A stretch of 43,515 nt of DNA, counting the filler, from Jimgerdemannia flammicorona (taxonomy: Eukaryota), in NCBI GenBank assembly GCA_003990765.1. It is 2 parts of 2 records of this genome, joined end to end, with 100 filler letters (N's around TTAATTAATTAA, not from the genome) between each part and the next. Parts side by side here need not be neighbours in the genome. Positions count along the whole stretch, not along the records: positions 21,809 to 43,515 come from RBNJ01001407.1; 1 more part is not named here. The stretch is one strand, 5' to 3'. Shown here in pieces: positions 25,065 through 37,226 of the stretch; position 1 is the first letter of the stretch, and each line of letters begins with the position of its first letter. The notes under the pieces were generated by a model, which was given only the letters and a program-made list of their open reading frames with translations, made no database searches and was not told where the DNA came from. A program made the position numbers and the translations under genes.

Positions 25065-26159
25065 ATGACCACTGAGATCTACAACTGTATCCGCGCTGAC
25101 ATTTGGAATGCCATTGTCAACTGAGCCACACCCCCTCTGCCCCTCATGAATATCCATAGCCTGGTACCCCTCTACTTCGTGGAAGCCCGATGGAATGCCC
25201 TGAACAAGCTTAGCGAGGCCCACTGAATTGGACAAATCTCAAGCTACTACCAGATCGGCCGCCTCCTGGAAGACATGGTCGAACACCACCATGATACAGA
25301 TATTACCCAGATGTCTCAACACCAGAAGCTCATCACCCGCAAACATCGAGAACTCTTCTATGAGTACAACACCTTTATTCCCTGCCTCCGAGTTACTACC
25401 AGCAAAATGATTGCTACCCTGTCCTATGGCCAAATCGATGACATGATACAAGAACTCAACCACAAGTACCTTGAGTATGTCGAAACCACAGACAGAACCT
25501 TCCTGCACCCTGATGACCATATCCTACAAATGCCTCAAGTTGGATATGTCATGAAGGACATCTATGATATAATCCACTTCGACGAAGATGAAGCAGAAGA
25601 CAATGATCCCTCTGACGCCGACATAACCTCTAGCCAAGGATCTCTGCCAACCCTGATCACTCTGCCAACCTTGCCGATGAACCTACAACAGTTCATAACC
25701 ACCTACGAAACTTATTGGGACAATGACCACTGGCATGAATACCAACCCGCGTTTACCCCTGACTACTTCAACTACAATGAAGAGACCGGAGAACACAACC
25801 TGTACCTTCAGACAACCCTTGAGATTGAACCAACCACTCTACCACCCGAGTACAAGCGACATGAACAGCCACCAGTATACTATAACCCTGCAACTCATAG
25901 TGCCATAACCTATAGAAGGTACGCAGATAGTGAATCTGATGAAAGCGAAAACAATACACCCATCCTTCATCCACCAACATCTTATCCAGCCTACGAGACA
26001 GACAATGCCATCCTGTGGGATGGAGATGAAGTCCCAATGTATTACTATCTCAGCCAACAAGGAGAAGTAATCTGTGAACCATTATTCCTAGACAACTACT
26101 TCATCAGAGATGATGCAATTGATGGTGATGTCATCGAGAACTACCCAGACAGTGCCTAA
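25065..26159 (+). pseudogene. LTR-embedded accessory ORF, ~364 aa ancestral (294 aa still open from 25275)
   Basis: ATG 25065 is in frame with 25275..26159. Only two in-frame TGA stops (25122, 25224), both compatible with CGA>TGA. N-terminal motif YYQIGRLL...TRKHRELF; acidic D/E/Y/P-rich C-terminal half. Confidence 0.8.
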
Positions 26160-26990
26160 ACCTATAAATAGTCTAGCAGTCATAGTATAGTTAGATTAGC
26201 CTTGTATGACATGACTGTGAACTGACTCAGCAGTCAGACGATCTCTTAACATGTCAGATTACACTTGTACTACATGACTGCATTCCGACTCAGCAAGGCA
26301 CTTAGTGCTACATCCATATCTAGCATAGTCCAGATAGCCCCTCACTAGTATAAATACCCCCTCCCCCAGATCTCAGAATCTCAGACTTGAACAATCCAAA
26401 CACAACTCCTGAGCACTTCCCCACAATATCCCTTCACACAACTACTCCTAGTATAGCAATATCATGAATAGCAAATAAACCTATTCCATAACCCACAAAC
26501 CACTCTTAAGTAAATCCACTCTCTGTTAGGTCCCACTCCTAACCCCATTACGAAATTTCCTAATTGGGTATTGTCTGCAGCGATACGCCAATTCAACTAA
26601 GCTGGTCTTAGTTTCTTGAACTTCCTGAAATATGGAAAATCCTGAACATCCAGAACTAGTCTGAAAAAGGACTTTGGTTGAGACATCAACCCGATCTTGA
26701 AATCAATAAGCATGGAGGACGTACTCCATATGAAATTGATCTTGACCATAAGAAAACAGTCTTCCAGAATATCCAGAACTTCCAGAAAACCCTTCCAGAA
26801 CTACATAACGATTACCCTAAAAAGTAACCCTCTTACAATTCTAGTGGTTTTCTAAAATCTAGTCCAGAAGTAGCCCCATCAGGTAAAAGAGTAATAGGTA
26901 TTAATAGGACAACCTTTAACTTCAGCCTTGAAGTAGTCAGGAATTCACTTAGATCAAAGTCAATAAGAATAAAATTGTCTTCTATTCTGG

Positions 26991-27183
26991 AAAACTGACA
27001 GGTGGGAAACCAGCAGGCAAGAAACTAGCAGATAAGAAACTGGTAGGCAAGAAACTGACAGACAAGAAACTAGTAGACAAGAAATCAGTAGGTGAGAAAC
27101 TGGTAGGCAAGAAACTGATAGATGAGAAACTAGCAGATGAGAAACTGGCAGGCAAGAAACTGGCAGACAAGAAACTGATAAGA
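26991..27183. repeat. 15-bp tandem array, ~13 copies (AAACTGGCAGGCAAG-like)
   Basis: Read directly; unit differences are almost all transitions. Confidence 0.92.
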
Positions 27184-27243
27184 CAGAAGTATAGTCAATT
27201 ATAAAAAAAAAAAAATAAAGAAACTGTTCAGAATGAGATACCA

Positions 27244-27555
27244 GAGACCAGCTGCAAGAGGTCCTCCTCAGGAGAGAGAGTACTTCATCAGTATAGATTG
27301 AGAGACACCCCCCTGACCAACCTCCTCTAGGGCTGATATCATCTGAGATAGAATGACAGAGACTGGTTGTGAGAGGTCTCTCTTAAGAGAGAGAGTACTT
27401 TGTTAATACAGATCAGGAGATACCCCCCTGAATGGTCTCTATTAAAGCTGATACTATCTGGAACAAGTTGCTGGATACTGGCCATAAGAGGTCTTTCTTG
27501 AGTAAAAGAGTATATCATTGGTACAGATCATAAGACACTCTGATGACCAGCCTCT
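27244..27555. repeat. 115-bp tandem repeat, ~2.7 copies
   Basis: Units start at 27244, 27359 and 27474 and share AGAGGTC...AGAGTA...AGAT blocks. Confidence 0.85.
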
Positions 27556-27865
27556 AAGATACCCCTGCTCCCACTCCTACAGATAAGCCACTGCTGCAGC
27601 CAAACCCCTACTATAGTGAGAAGTAAATATATAATATAGAATAAATGCAATATACCTGAAATGAGCATCAAGGTATATCTAGAAATGAAGAAAAGAGTAA
27701 TGAGACAATGTGTCCAGATGATATATCAATGTGGGTAATAAGATGGTATACTATAATTGGTAGTAAGAATGGGGTAACAAGAACAGAGTGACAAGAATGA
27801 GGTAGTGAGAATGGGGTGGTGAGAATGAGTTAGCAAGACAGTAAGCCAGAATACTGAAATAGATA

Positions 27866-28380
27866 ATGAGACAGAGTGAGACAGAGTGAGGAGATGAGAC
27901 AGAGTAATAAATAAAGCAGAGTGAGAGAATGAGGCAGAGTGAGAAGATGAGACAGAGAGAGGGGATGAGTGAGAGAATGAGACAGAGTGAGGGGATGAGG
28001 CAGAGTGAGAGGATAAGGCAGAGTGGGGGAATGAGGCAGAGTGAGGGAATGAGACAGAGTAAGAGAATAAGGCAGAGTAAGAGAATGAGGCAGAGTGAGG
28101 AGATAAGACAGAGTGAGGGGATGAGGCAGAGTAAGGAGATGAGATAGAGTGAGGGGATGAAGTAAAGTGAGAGGATGAGGTAGTGTAAGGAGATGAGACA
28201 GAGTGAGGAGATGAGATAGAGTGAGAGGATGAGGCAGAGTGAGAGAATGAGGCAGAGTGAGGGGATGAGGCAGAGTAAGGGGATAAGACAGAGTGAGGGG
28301 AGAGTGAGAGAATAAGGCAGAGTAAGGAGATGAGGCAGAGTAAGAGAAATAAGACAGAGTAATAGAAATGAGACAGATTG
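27866..28380. repeat. 18-bp purine-rich tandem array, ~28 copies (ATGAGGCAGAGTGAGGGG-like)
   Basis: Read directly; explains the low-complexity ORFs at 27726-28457. Confidence 0.95.
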
Positions 28381-28484
28381 AGATATAACAAAAATGAGTC
28401 TTCAAAAAAGTATACATCTACTCTACAAACTAGTATAAACTGACTGACATAAACCAATATAAACAGACCTAAGGTGTCCAGACA

Positions 28485-28610
28485 AGATTCAGAGCTTTTT
28501 TTGAGCTATTAGATTTAGAGCTTTTTTTGAGCCATAAGATTTGGAGCTTTTTTTAAGTCACAAAATTCAGAGCTTTTTTTGAAGCTATGAGATTTGGAGC
28601 TTTTTTAAAC
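28485..28610. repeat. ~26-bp tandem repeat, ~5 copies (AGATTTGGAGCTTTTTTTGAGC...)
   Basis: Read directly. Confidence 0.85.
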
Positions 28611-28759
28611 TGCTTCCAGTAGGGAGAAATAGACAGCAGATTTGTTGGAGCCTTTTTTTGAGTGGTAAGAAATGAGATGAGCTACTTAGAAAATATTTCT
28701 TTAAGTATCTGACAAGATTTCACATAGAGCAAGGATAGGGAATAAGAGAGAGAGTACAA

Positions 28760-30113
28760 ATAAAACACTTGGAGGTTGGAGAGGTTGCCATATCTCTCTG
28801 GTGGGTAGGATATTAATTCTGAATGTCTATTGGTTCCCTAAGCTATGGTATGTTGCTTATCATTTAGACTTTCTAGCTTGGGTGGTGAAGAGACTGATAA
28901 AACTGGCTAGAGATTGAATTTGAGCTGAGAGGTAGGCCCAGATTAGCTGGAATGTCCTTTCAATTCTAGTAGATTGAGAGGGGCTAGGACTGGTGGATTT
29001 TTCTAAGCAGCTGTACTATCTAAGAGCTTGGTGGTTGAAGTGCACTGCTGAACTGTGGGGAGGTGGATGGGTGCCTCTGATGCAGATGGTGTGGGAGATA
29101 AGATCCTTATCAAGAGGGGTCTCAGGAGATCTGTTGTCTCTGGTGGATCTAGGTAGGAGTTACTGAATAAGGTATAAAGAATTCTGGTAGGAGGTGGTAG
29201 ATGGAGCACACTGTATTGACTTATACTGATGAAACAATGAGGGAGAGATGCTGTGGAGACCTGCAATGTAGAGATGGGACAGGCTACTACTGAGAGGTAT
29301 ACTCCTTATCAAATTTGATATTGAAGATGAAGTAGAGTGTCAGAGGGGTCTTGGCCAGAACCTTTGGCCTAGTAGTTGGCAGGTGGTAAGAATTGTAGAG
29401 GGGTGGGACTGGGCAGGAGTCTGGTCATAGAGTGCTGAGGTGTAGAGATAGCTCCCTTCTAAGTTCTGAGTAGTATGGTGGAGGATGCTATGGCAAAATA
29501 TCACATTGAATTTCTGCTCTGGTCATCTAGTAGAGGGTGGTCTCTTAGAATGCAAGGAGTGCTATAATGTAGAATAAGTTGGAGGAATAGTGCAGATGTC
29601 AGAACATTGACTGAGAGAGTGCAAAGTGCTGGGGAACTTTTGGATAACTATAGGAGACCAGCTGAGTATCAAGAAGAGACTGAATGGAGAGAGAGATTAT
29701 TGGGAGAATTTGAAAACTAGGTTGGTGGGAGGTGTGGGCAATGAGTGGCTTATACTAGGGTGGGTGCTGGTAGTATGAGTGGGAATGGCTAGACATTGGC
29801 TCTTTGTTTTTGAGGAGAAATGATGGCTGAGATTGCAGAAGAGGTTGTTAAGATGAGAAGGGCTGATGGGAGATGTACTGACAGAGTGGTGGGTTGGGTG
29901 AGGTCCCCAGGGTGGGTATTGGCACTGTCTGGTAGAGGGGATCTGTATGCTGAGTAGGGGAAGGGTGGAGATGATTAATGGCCTAGTAGTCTTTAATTAA
30001 GAGAATTTAGGGAGATGGGGAGGAGCTCTTAGGGGAATTAGATAGGAGTGGATTCAGTGTATTATATATGATATAAATAAGGGTATTAATAAAGAGTACA
30101 GTCTAAGAGACTA

Positions 30114-30173
<60 letters not shown>
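28760..30173 (+). mobile_element. 5'-truncated L1/Tx1-like LINE (second family), ORF2 C-terminal part + poly(A)
   Basis: SLVGRILILNVYWFPKLWYVAYHLDF...GLGLVDF is homologous to LINE 12053-17861. AATAAA at 30088-30093, A57 at 30117-30173. No TSD recognised; start approximate. Confidence 0.85.
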
Positions 30174-30179
<6 letters not shown>

Positions 30180-30325
30180 GCAAAGGGACTAGTAAGTCTG
30201 CAGGTAGATATACTTCAAACTTATCTACCCCTGTATTCTGAAAACTCTGCAGAGTCAAAGAAGATTAAGTTTTTAAGATATAGAAATCTGACACACTTAT
30301 ATAGTTATATATTTACTATATTATA
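30174..30325 (+). repeat. 3' part of the 5' LTR of Gypsy D (truncated at the LINE poly(A))
   Basis: Aligns with 38027-38178; followed by the PBS. Confidence 0.88.
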
Positions 30326-30619
30326 ACTTGGTATCTATTGACTGGTAATTTAAAATGAATTCCTCACTTTCAAGCTGAATAATGAATAACTGTTATCACC
30401 TGAACAACCATACAAATCAAATCAAGACATCCAGACAAGATGGATATAAGACCATCAATATTCTATAAATATATCTCAGATGAATCAATTATCACCTTTA
30501 TTGATAACTTCAAGCAATATACTACTGTAAGGACTCTGATAGCATTATAGCAAGTAGCCCTCATGTTCTTCAGTCTTTGAGGATCAGTAAGAGCAGTATT
30601 CACAGCTGTAATCTATATA

Positions 30620-32212
30620 TAGTAAGGGACAAAACCTTACCAATGTTATATTATTTTTAAATCTTAATCTATTGTAATCTAAATATATATGAATATTATT
30701 AAATTCATATTTTAACTAATAATAAAGGTCTAGAATAAAACAGTATTTATTTTGCTAAATTTGTATAATTATTTCTAAAGTTATAATTCTTTTAAGTAAA
30801 CCACTCATTGGTAAGGTTTTGTCTCCCCCAATGGTTTTAATTCACTAACTCTAGCTCTATGCTTGCTCTGTACCTGAAACTTCACTCCTTTATTCTTTTT
30901 TGATATACTTTTTCCTTCCATATCTCTCACAATGAAAAAAATCTCAATTGACTGTCGCAATCACATTATTAATACTCTGAAGTCTAATATATCAATAAGT
31001 AAGATTGTGAAACAAATGGATGTCAGCACTATGACCATTTCTCATATATGAAAAGAGTTCTACAGTGGTGAGGTTATGCCACCAAAAGGAGATCACCCAT
31101 GTGTATTCTCAGCTCAAGATGAAGCATAGGTTGTTTGCCAGATTATCATGGACAAGGTGGAAACTGTAACTGAGGTCGCAAAAACACTCTAAGAAGCTGA
31201 CAAAACACTTCAAAATGGACTTCAAGATGATGGCAAACCTTCTGTAAGTGCAAAAATGGTATGGAGAACACTGAAGAGGGTCAGCCTGAAGTCAATTGTG
31301 AAGCAGAAGAGGCCCAGATTGCTCAAATGATATATTAAGACTAATTATGAGTTTGTCCTTAAATACAAGGACTGGACAATCAAGGACTGGAAATAGGTCA
31401 TCCTCTCTAATGAAATGAAGATCAACTATCTTAGCTCTGATGGTCAAAAATGGGCATGGAAAAAGCCAGAAATACTATATGACAAGTATCATATGACCAG
31501 AATGGTAAAATTCAGCAGTAGATCTGGGGATATATGATATATAAGAGGGACAGTTACACCTGTCAGATCAATGGTTGCATGGATACAGAGCTGTACTAGA
31601 GCATTCTTGACAATGAATTGCTGGAAACAATTAAATATTACCATATGGATCAGAAAAGATTGATTTTTCAGCAAGATAATAACTTGAAACATATGTCAAA
31701 AAAAACCTGCCAATAGTTCACTGATCACTCAATTTATTTGTTGAGTTGGCCAGCACAATTTCCCAATCTGAATCCAATTGAACATTTATGGTAGCAACTT
31801 AAAAAACAACTTAATGCATACAAGGAGCCCTCTAAGGGAATGTAGAATCTTTGGAAATATGTAGAGCAGGAATGGAATAGGATTCTAAAGAATGTTTGTA
31901 TTGGTTTAATTGAGAGTATACCAAGGAGGGTGGCTGCTATATATAAGGTAAAAGGGGGCTATACTAAATATTGAAATGATCAATAAACTGATTGGTGATA
32001 TGTCAGGAACAAAACCTTACCAATGGTCAGTTTTTCTAAAAGAGTTATAACTTTAGAAATAATTATTCATATTTAGCAAAATATATACTGTTTAAAAGCT
32101 CTAGACTTTCTTTATTATTGGTTAAAATATAGATTTAATAGCATTCATATTTAGACTACAATAGGTTAAGATTTAAAAAAATAAAACATTAGTAAGATTT
32201 TGTCTCTTACTG
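30620..32212 (+). mobile_element. Tc1/mariner DD34E transposon, 1593 bp, ~205-bp TIRs, TA TSD, nested in gag of Gypsy D
   Basis: TA|TAGTAAGGGACAAAACCTTACCAATG ... CATTAGTAAGATTTTGTCTCTTACTG|TA; TIRs at 30620-30823 and ~32008-32212. Confidence 0.95.
30932..31974 (+). pseudogene. Tc1 transposase
   Basis: DWK*VILSNEMKIN, FQQDNNLKH, WPAQFPNLNPIEHLW, C-terminal KGGYTKY*. 34 residues between the second D and E. Confidence 0.93.
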
Positions 32213-34089
32213 TAAGAAATGATGACAATACTATACTAGTAGCACAGAAGGCTTGGTTATAAATTACTTACTATACAGATAAGATTAAGTAAGTCCTGAA
32301 GGATCAGCTCAATATAATATGTTAAGGAATGAGCAAGGATCTCAACATATTCTACACCAGAATCTGATATTAGATAATTCTTACAAATTATTCTACCACT
32401 ATTCAAGATCAAGTAGCTAAGACAACCTTTATGAAAGGAGTCTACTCAGAAATAGTTCTAGCCATCTACTCATCACTAGTAGTTCTGAACTTGCTATAGA
32501 AAATCATCTATATTCAGTGATATTGGATAGCCAGACACCTACAAGACTATATAATGGAAAGAGTTACTAGAGTCAGAATTGAAGCACCTAAGGCAATTAG
32601 TATGATCTCTACCACAGTGATCAATCAAAACACACCTCAGCCAAGAGCTACTGAGTAGTAGAGAAACAGTAACTCAATGGAGAAACTTGCCAAGAAGTTT
32701 GCTGAAATAACAGCTCATCTGAGAGATATGGTAAAAGAAATTAAAGGAAGAGACTATTGCTCAGTTCAGAAGTTTGCTATTACCTCAGACAAGAAGATAG
32801 ATATCTGCTATACTTGTGGAGAAGAGGACCACTACTCATATAAATATATGAGTGAGACTAAGTATAAAGCTTAGCCAAACAATGTTATAAGAAATAAGAA
32901 ACAGGTCAACACTATCACCTTTAAGGAGATTAGAGAATCAGATGAAGAAGAATGAGAGATATACTCCATACAGACTACTAAGAAAGATATCCAAAAAGAA
33001 CCCTATAAGAGACTGCCAGAGAGACTTAAGAAGAACTCTATGAAAAAGCAGATAGAAACTACTACAGAAAGTCAAGGTGAAGAAATAGATCAAGATATAG
33101 AACTAGAATAGGCTGTTTAAGATATCATTCAAGAAACTACCTCAGTCAGTGAAGGAGAAAAGAAGAAGAAGCTTCACAAGACTAAGACTTTCAAGTATGA
33201 CATCTTCAAGGACCTCAGTCAATAAAAGATCAATGCAACCTTTGGTCAGCTGACAGAAATATCTATATTCAGATAGCAAATGAGATACAAACTTACTGAG
33301 ATAACTAAGAAGCAAGGTTGGAAGATAACTGAGGCCAACAATGTTTAAGAAAACTTTGGAGAAAAGAGTGAAGATAATTGCCTATACAATCTATCAAATC
33401 AAAGATAGAATCTTTAAGATCATCATTGATACTGGAGTAGGAGGATGCCTCCTTAGTAAGAAAGCAGTAGACTGCCTAAGTTGGGAGGTTGAAGAAGCAA
33501 CCAAACTGGTATTTATTACAGTAGATAACATAAGAGCCATATCTCTAGGAAAGATCTGAGATGTCCCTATTAAGTTCAGAAGAGCAACTATCTTAGTAAA
33601 TATGATCATAACCAATGCTACCAACTATAACATCCTCATCAGCAACCAGTGACTATAAAGCCAGAGCAATAATTGACCTCAATGCTCAGAAGATACAGAT
33701 TATCTACTAAGATCAGAAGATGTGAATTCCCATCAATATGTATCAATAAAGAAGTACTGCCTGAGATGGAGAAAGAAAAAAGTAAGCAAGAAGAAGTCTA
33801 CATAGTGACTATTCAGAAAAAGAAAAAGAAAGTCAGATGGATCAGTGAAGAAGAATGGTATAAAAGGATCATTGAAGAATATGTACTACAAGGAGTCTGC
33901 TCTCATAGAATCAAGATATACTATATGAAATATATTGATAATTACTATCAATATATCAGTGGAATCAAGAAAATCTATTATAAAAGAAGACAGAAGGCTC
34001 TCAAGAAATAAGCAAGATAAGAAAAAGAGAAGGAAGAGAATGATAAACCACCAGCTCTTCTAAAGAACAGTAATGATAAAGAAGAAATC

Positions 34090-34503
34090 AAGGTCAAGAT
34101 TTGAAAAATCCACTCTGATATAGTTCTACCAGGATATAAGTCAGAAAATGCAGCCAGAATAAATATTGCTATAGTAGAGAAAACTGTACTAAAGCCCCAA
34201 ACAACCACTCTACTTGCAATTAGTCTGAAAATGACCATTCCAAAAGACTATATTGGAATCCTCAAGACAAGAAGCAGCCTAGTTAAGAGTGAGATTACTA
34301 TTGAAGAAGGAGTCATTAATTCAGACTATATTGGGGAAATACTACTTATTGCTAGAAACCATAACTCTATAATTCTATTTTCAATCAAAAAGAAGAACTA
34401 ATTGGTACAGATATTAATCTTCTCAGTTCTTTAGCCAAATATCATAAAAGTCAAGAAGTTGGAGGAAACAGAAAGAGAAAAGAAAGGATTCAGATCTATA
34501 GGA
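34090..34503 (+). pseudogene. dUTPase domain of Gypsy D (between protease and RT)
   Basis: LPGYKSENAARINI...RSSLVK...GVINSDYIGEI...LVQILI...TEREKKGFRSIG match motifs 1-5. Confidence 0.92.
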
Positions 34504-37226
34504 AGAGGAGTATTCACTAGCACCAAGATTACCAAATTAGATTATAAGAAGAAGGAAACCACAAATAAGTATAGCTATACTATTGGAGATAAATTCCCAC
34601 TCAAGAAGAAACTCAAGAAGATACTGTATGAATTTGAGGATGTTATAGCCATAGACTTCAAGAATATCAAGAAAAAGACTCCATACTACTATTATGATAT
34701 AGATATAGGAGATACCAAACCAATTTACCAAAAAGTAAGATCAATTCCACTAGCCTATTATGAATGACTCAGAGAAGAAATCAAGCAGATGGAAGAAGTT
34801 AGTATTATCAAAGAAGTCAGTAGCCCTTGAGCTTCACCAGTTGTATTGGCTCTGAAAAAAGAAAGCAAATCAGAAGAATTTGCCCCAAGACTCTGCACTG
34901 ATTATAAAAGTTTAATCTGGCTATAAAGAAGGATCACCAACTACTGCCCCTTATCAGTAATATCCTTATAACTCTGGGAGATAAAGCACAGTACTATAGT
35001 ACCTTAAATTTATACTCAGAATTCTATCAGATTGATCTCACCAAAGCAACTAGTGAAAAATCAGCCTTCATTACTCTAGATAGAACCTATGTCTACCTAC
35101 AAATACTATTTGAAATATACAATACACCAGCAAGCTTTCAGCAAATGATGAATAAAATCTTCTACTATGACATGAAAAGATAGATAATGGTTTATATAGA
35201 TGATATTATCATCTATAGTAAGATAGCTGAAGAACATCTGCAGTACATCTAGCAGATGATAGAGAAGCTAAGGAAGTATGACCTATATATCAAGTCTAAG
35301 AAGTATAAGTTTGCAGAAATTGAGATCTCCTATCTTGGATACATCATCAACTAAGATAGAATATACACAGACCTACTCAAGATTCAAGCAGTAGTAGTAT
35401 ACCCAAGACCCACTACTATCACTGAAGTCTAAGCCTTTATGAGACTTACCTTATACTACTATAGATTTATTAGAGAATTCTCTAATATTATAGGCCCAAT
35501 CTATAAATTCAATAAGAAGGATGTCAAGTTTCAATAGACTGATAGGCAAAAAAAAGCATTTGATGAACTCAAGATCAGGTTAGTCTAAGTACTCATCCTT
35601 AGAAGATCTGATTGGATCTAAGAATTTATCCTGTAGATAGATGCAAGTACACAAAGACTAAGAGCTGTCCTGACCCAAAAGAAAGACAAAGTAGAATATA
35701 TCATCACATATCTCAGCTAAGGGATCTGAGAAGCTGAAAAAAAATATAAATCTTATAAGTTGGAATGTCTTGCAGTTATCTAGACTATAGAAAAGTTCTA
35801 CTACTACCTTGTCAGAAGACACTTCACTATTCAGATGGACTATTCAGCCCTTACCTGGCTACTAACCACCAGATAATCCAAAGAAATCTATACCAGATAG
35901 ATTATGAAGTTACAAGCTTATGATATAACCATTGTGCACTACTCTGAAAGAACTAATACCAATGTAGATGCTCTCTTATAGATACTTTAAAGGATTTTCA
36001 ACTAACAAATCAACTATAAATAAAGAACTCTACTACAGAATATCACCTATTTGAGACAGTGAAAGATACCTCAATATCTAGAAGAATAAATACAAATAAT
36101 TATCAATAGAACATGGAAACAATTTGAGACTAATAGAGAAATATTGAAAAAAGAAAAGCTATTAGTCATATCCAAATATAAGAAGAAGCAAGCAATGAAA
36201 TCAGTATATAAACTCAGCTATCTAGAAGAAACAAACATCTATGAAAAAGCAAAAAGAATAATGTGGTGACCAGGAATGAAGGAAGATATCAGACAATTTG
36301 TCAAGACCTATAATAAATATTGGAAACAGAAACAAAACCAATGAAATCAGGCCCCAGGATCAGTATAGATAGAATCAGTACCCTTCATATATATTTCAAT
36401 ATATATAATCAGCCCCCTACTGTTGACTTTGAATAGCAACTAATATATCATTATCATCATAGACCTTTTTATAAAATAGATAGAGGTAGGACCTCTCAAA
36501 GAAGTCAATATATAGTTAATTACTGATTTCTTTTACAAAGAAATCATCTGCTGATTCAAGACTCTAGCACAAGTAACTATAGATAGTGAAACAAAATTCA
36601 TGAATCAGTTCTTTGAGTTTCTCTATAAGAAGTATAAGATCTAGCACATTCAGACTATAGCCTATCACCCTCAAAGAAATAGACAAGTAGAAAGAACCAA
36701 CAAGATCCTCAAGAACATCATCACCAAGATCTATAATATGTAACTATGAAAACTAAGATCACTATCTGCCAATAGTATTATCTGCTCTTCAGGATATCTG
36801 ATCACAAAGTACCTATTTCACCCTTCAAGAGATACTGTTTGGAGAAGAAAGTTCTCAAGAAATTTTATCATCTAATGAAAATACTATATAGAAATATGTG
36901 GATATAGAAATATAGAGACTATACTAAATCAGGAAGAAAGCTGAGGATTATATAATCAAGATATAGGCACTATAGCAGAATAATGTAGAAAAAATGCACA
37001 AGTCTCTAAAAGATTATCAAGATAGAAGACAAAGTCCTAGTATATCAGAACATGATAGAAGCTTCATGGTCATGAAAACTAGAGCCTAAGTAGGAAGAAC
37101 CTTACCTTATGCAAAATATAAAAAGAACTACCTTTTGGCTATAAAAACTCTCAGGCACAATTATCTCTACTATCATTCACTGAAACAGACTCAAGAAGTA
37201 TCATAGCTAATCAACAGAGTACTGCT

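Larger units (their letters stand above)
21809..26837 (+). mobile_element. Young chromovirus-type Gypsy C: RT-RNaseH-IN-chromodomain, PPT and 2.06-kb 3' LTR
   Basis: [59 protein letters not shown], chromodomain EYEVEQIL..EYLVKWKGY..ATWEP (stop 24349-24351). PPT AAGAAGGGGAGAG at 24763-24775. Confidence 0.95.
24777..26837 (+). repeat. 3' LTR of Gypsy C, 2061 bp
   Basis: Begins TGTAAG right after the PPT and ends CTTACA (6-bp inverted repeat). TATAAATA near 26349, AATAAA near 26474. CpG content drops after 26837. The 5' LTR is not in the window, so the end is inferred. Confidence 0.78.

Noticed and set aside
27726..28457. 243-aa, 195-aa and 72-aa ORFs (SHS/LTLPH/MRQSE repeats)
   Set aside because: By-products of the 18-bp tandem array; no independent coding evidence.
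26991..28610. Possible CRISPR-like arrays
   Set aside because: Head-to-tail tandem units without unique spacers, no cas genes, eukaryotic context.
33890..33960. Possible Cys/His zinc motif between protease and dUTPase of D (GVCSH...)
   Set aside because: Requires assuming several Tyr codons were Cys; not supportable from one copy.
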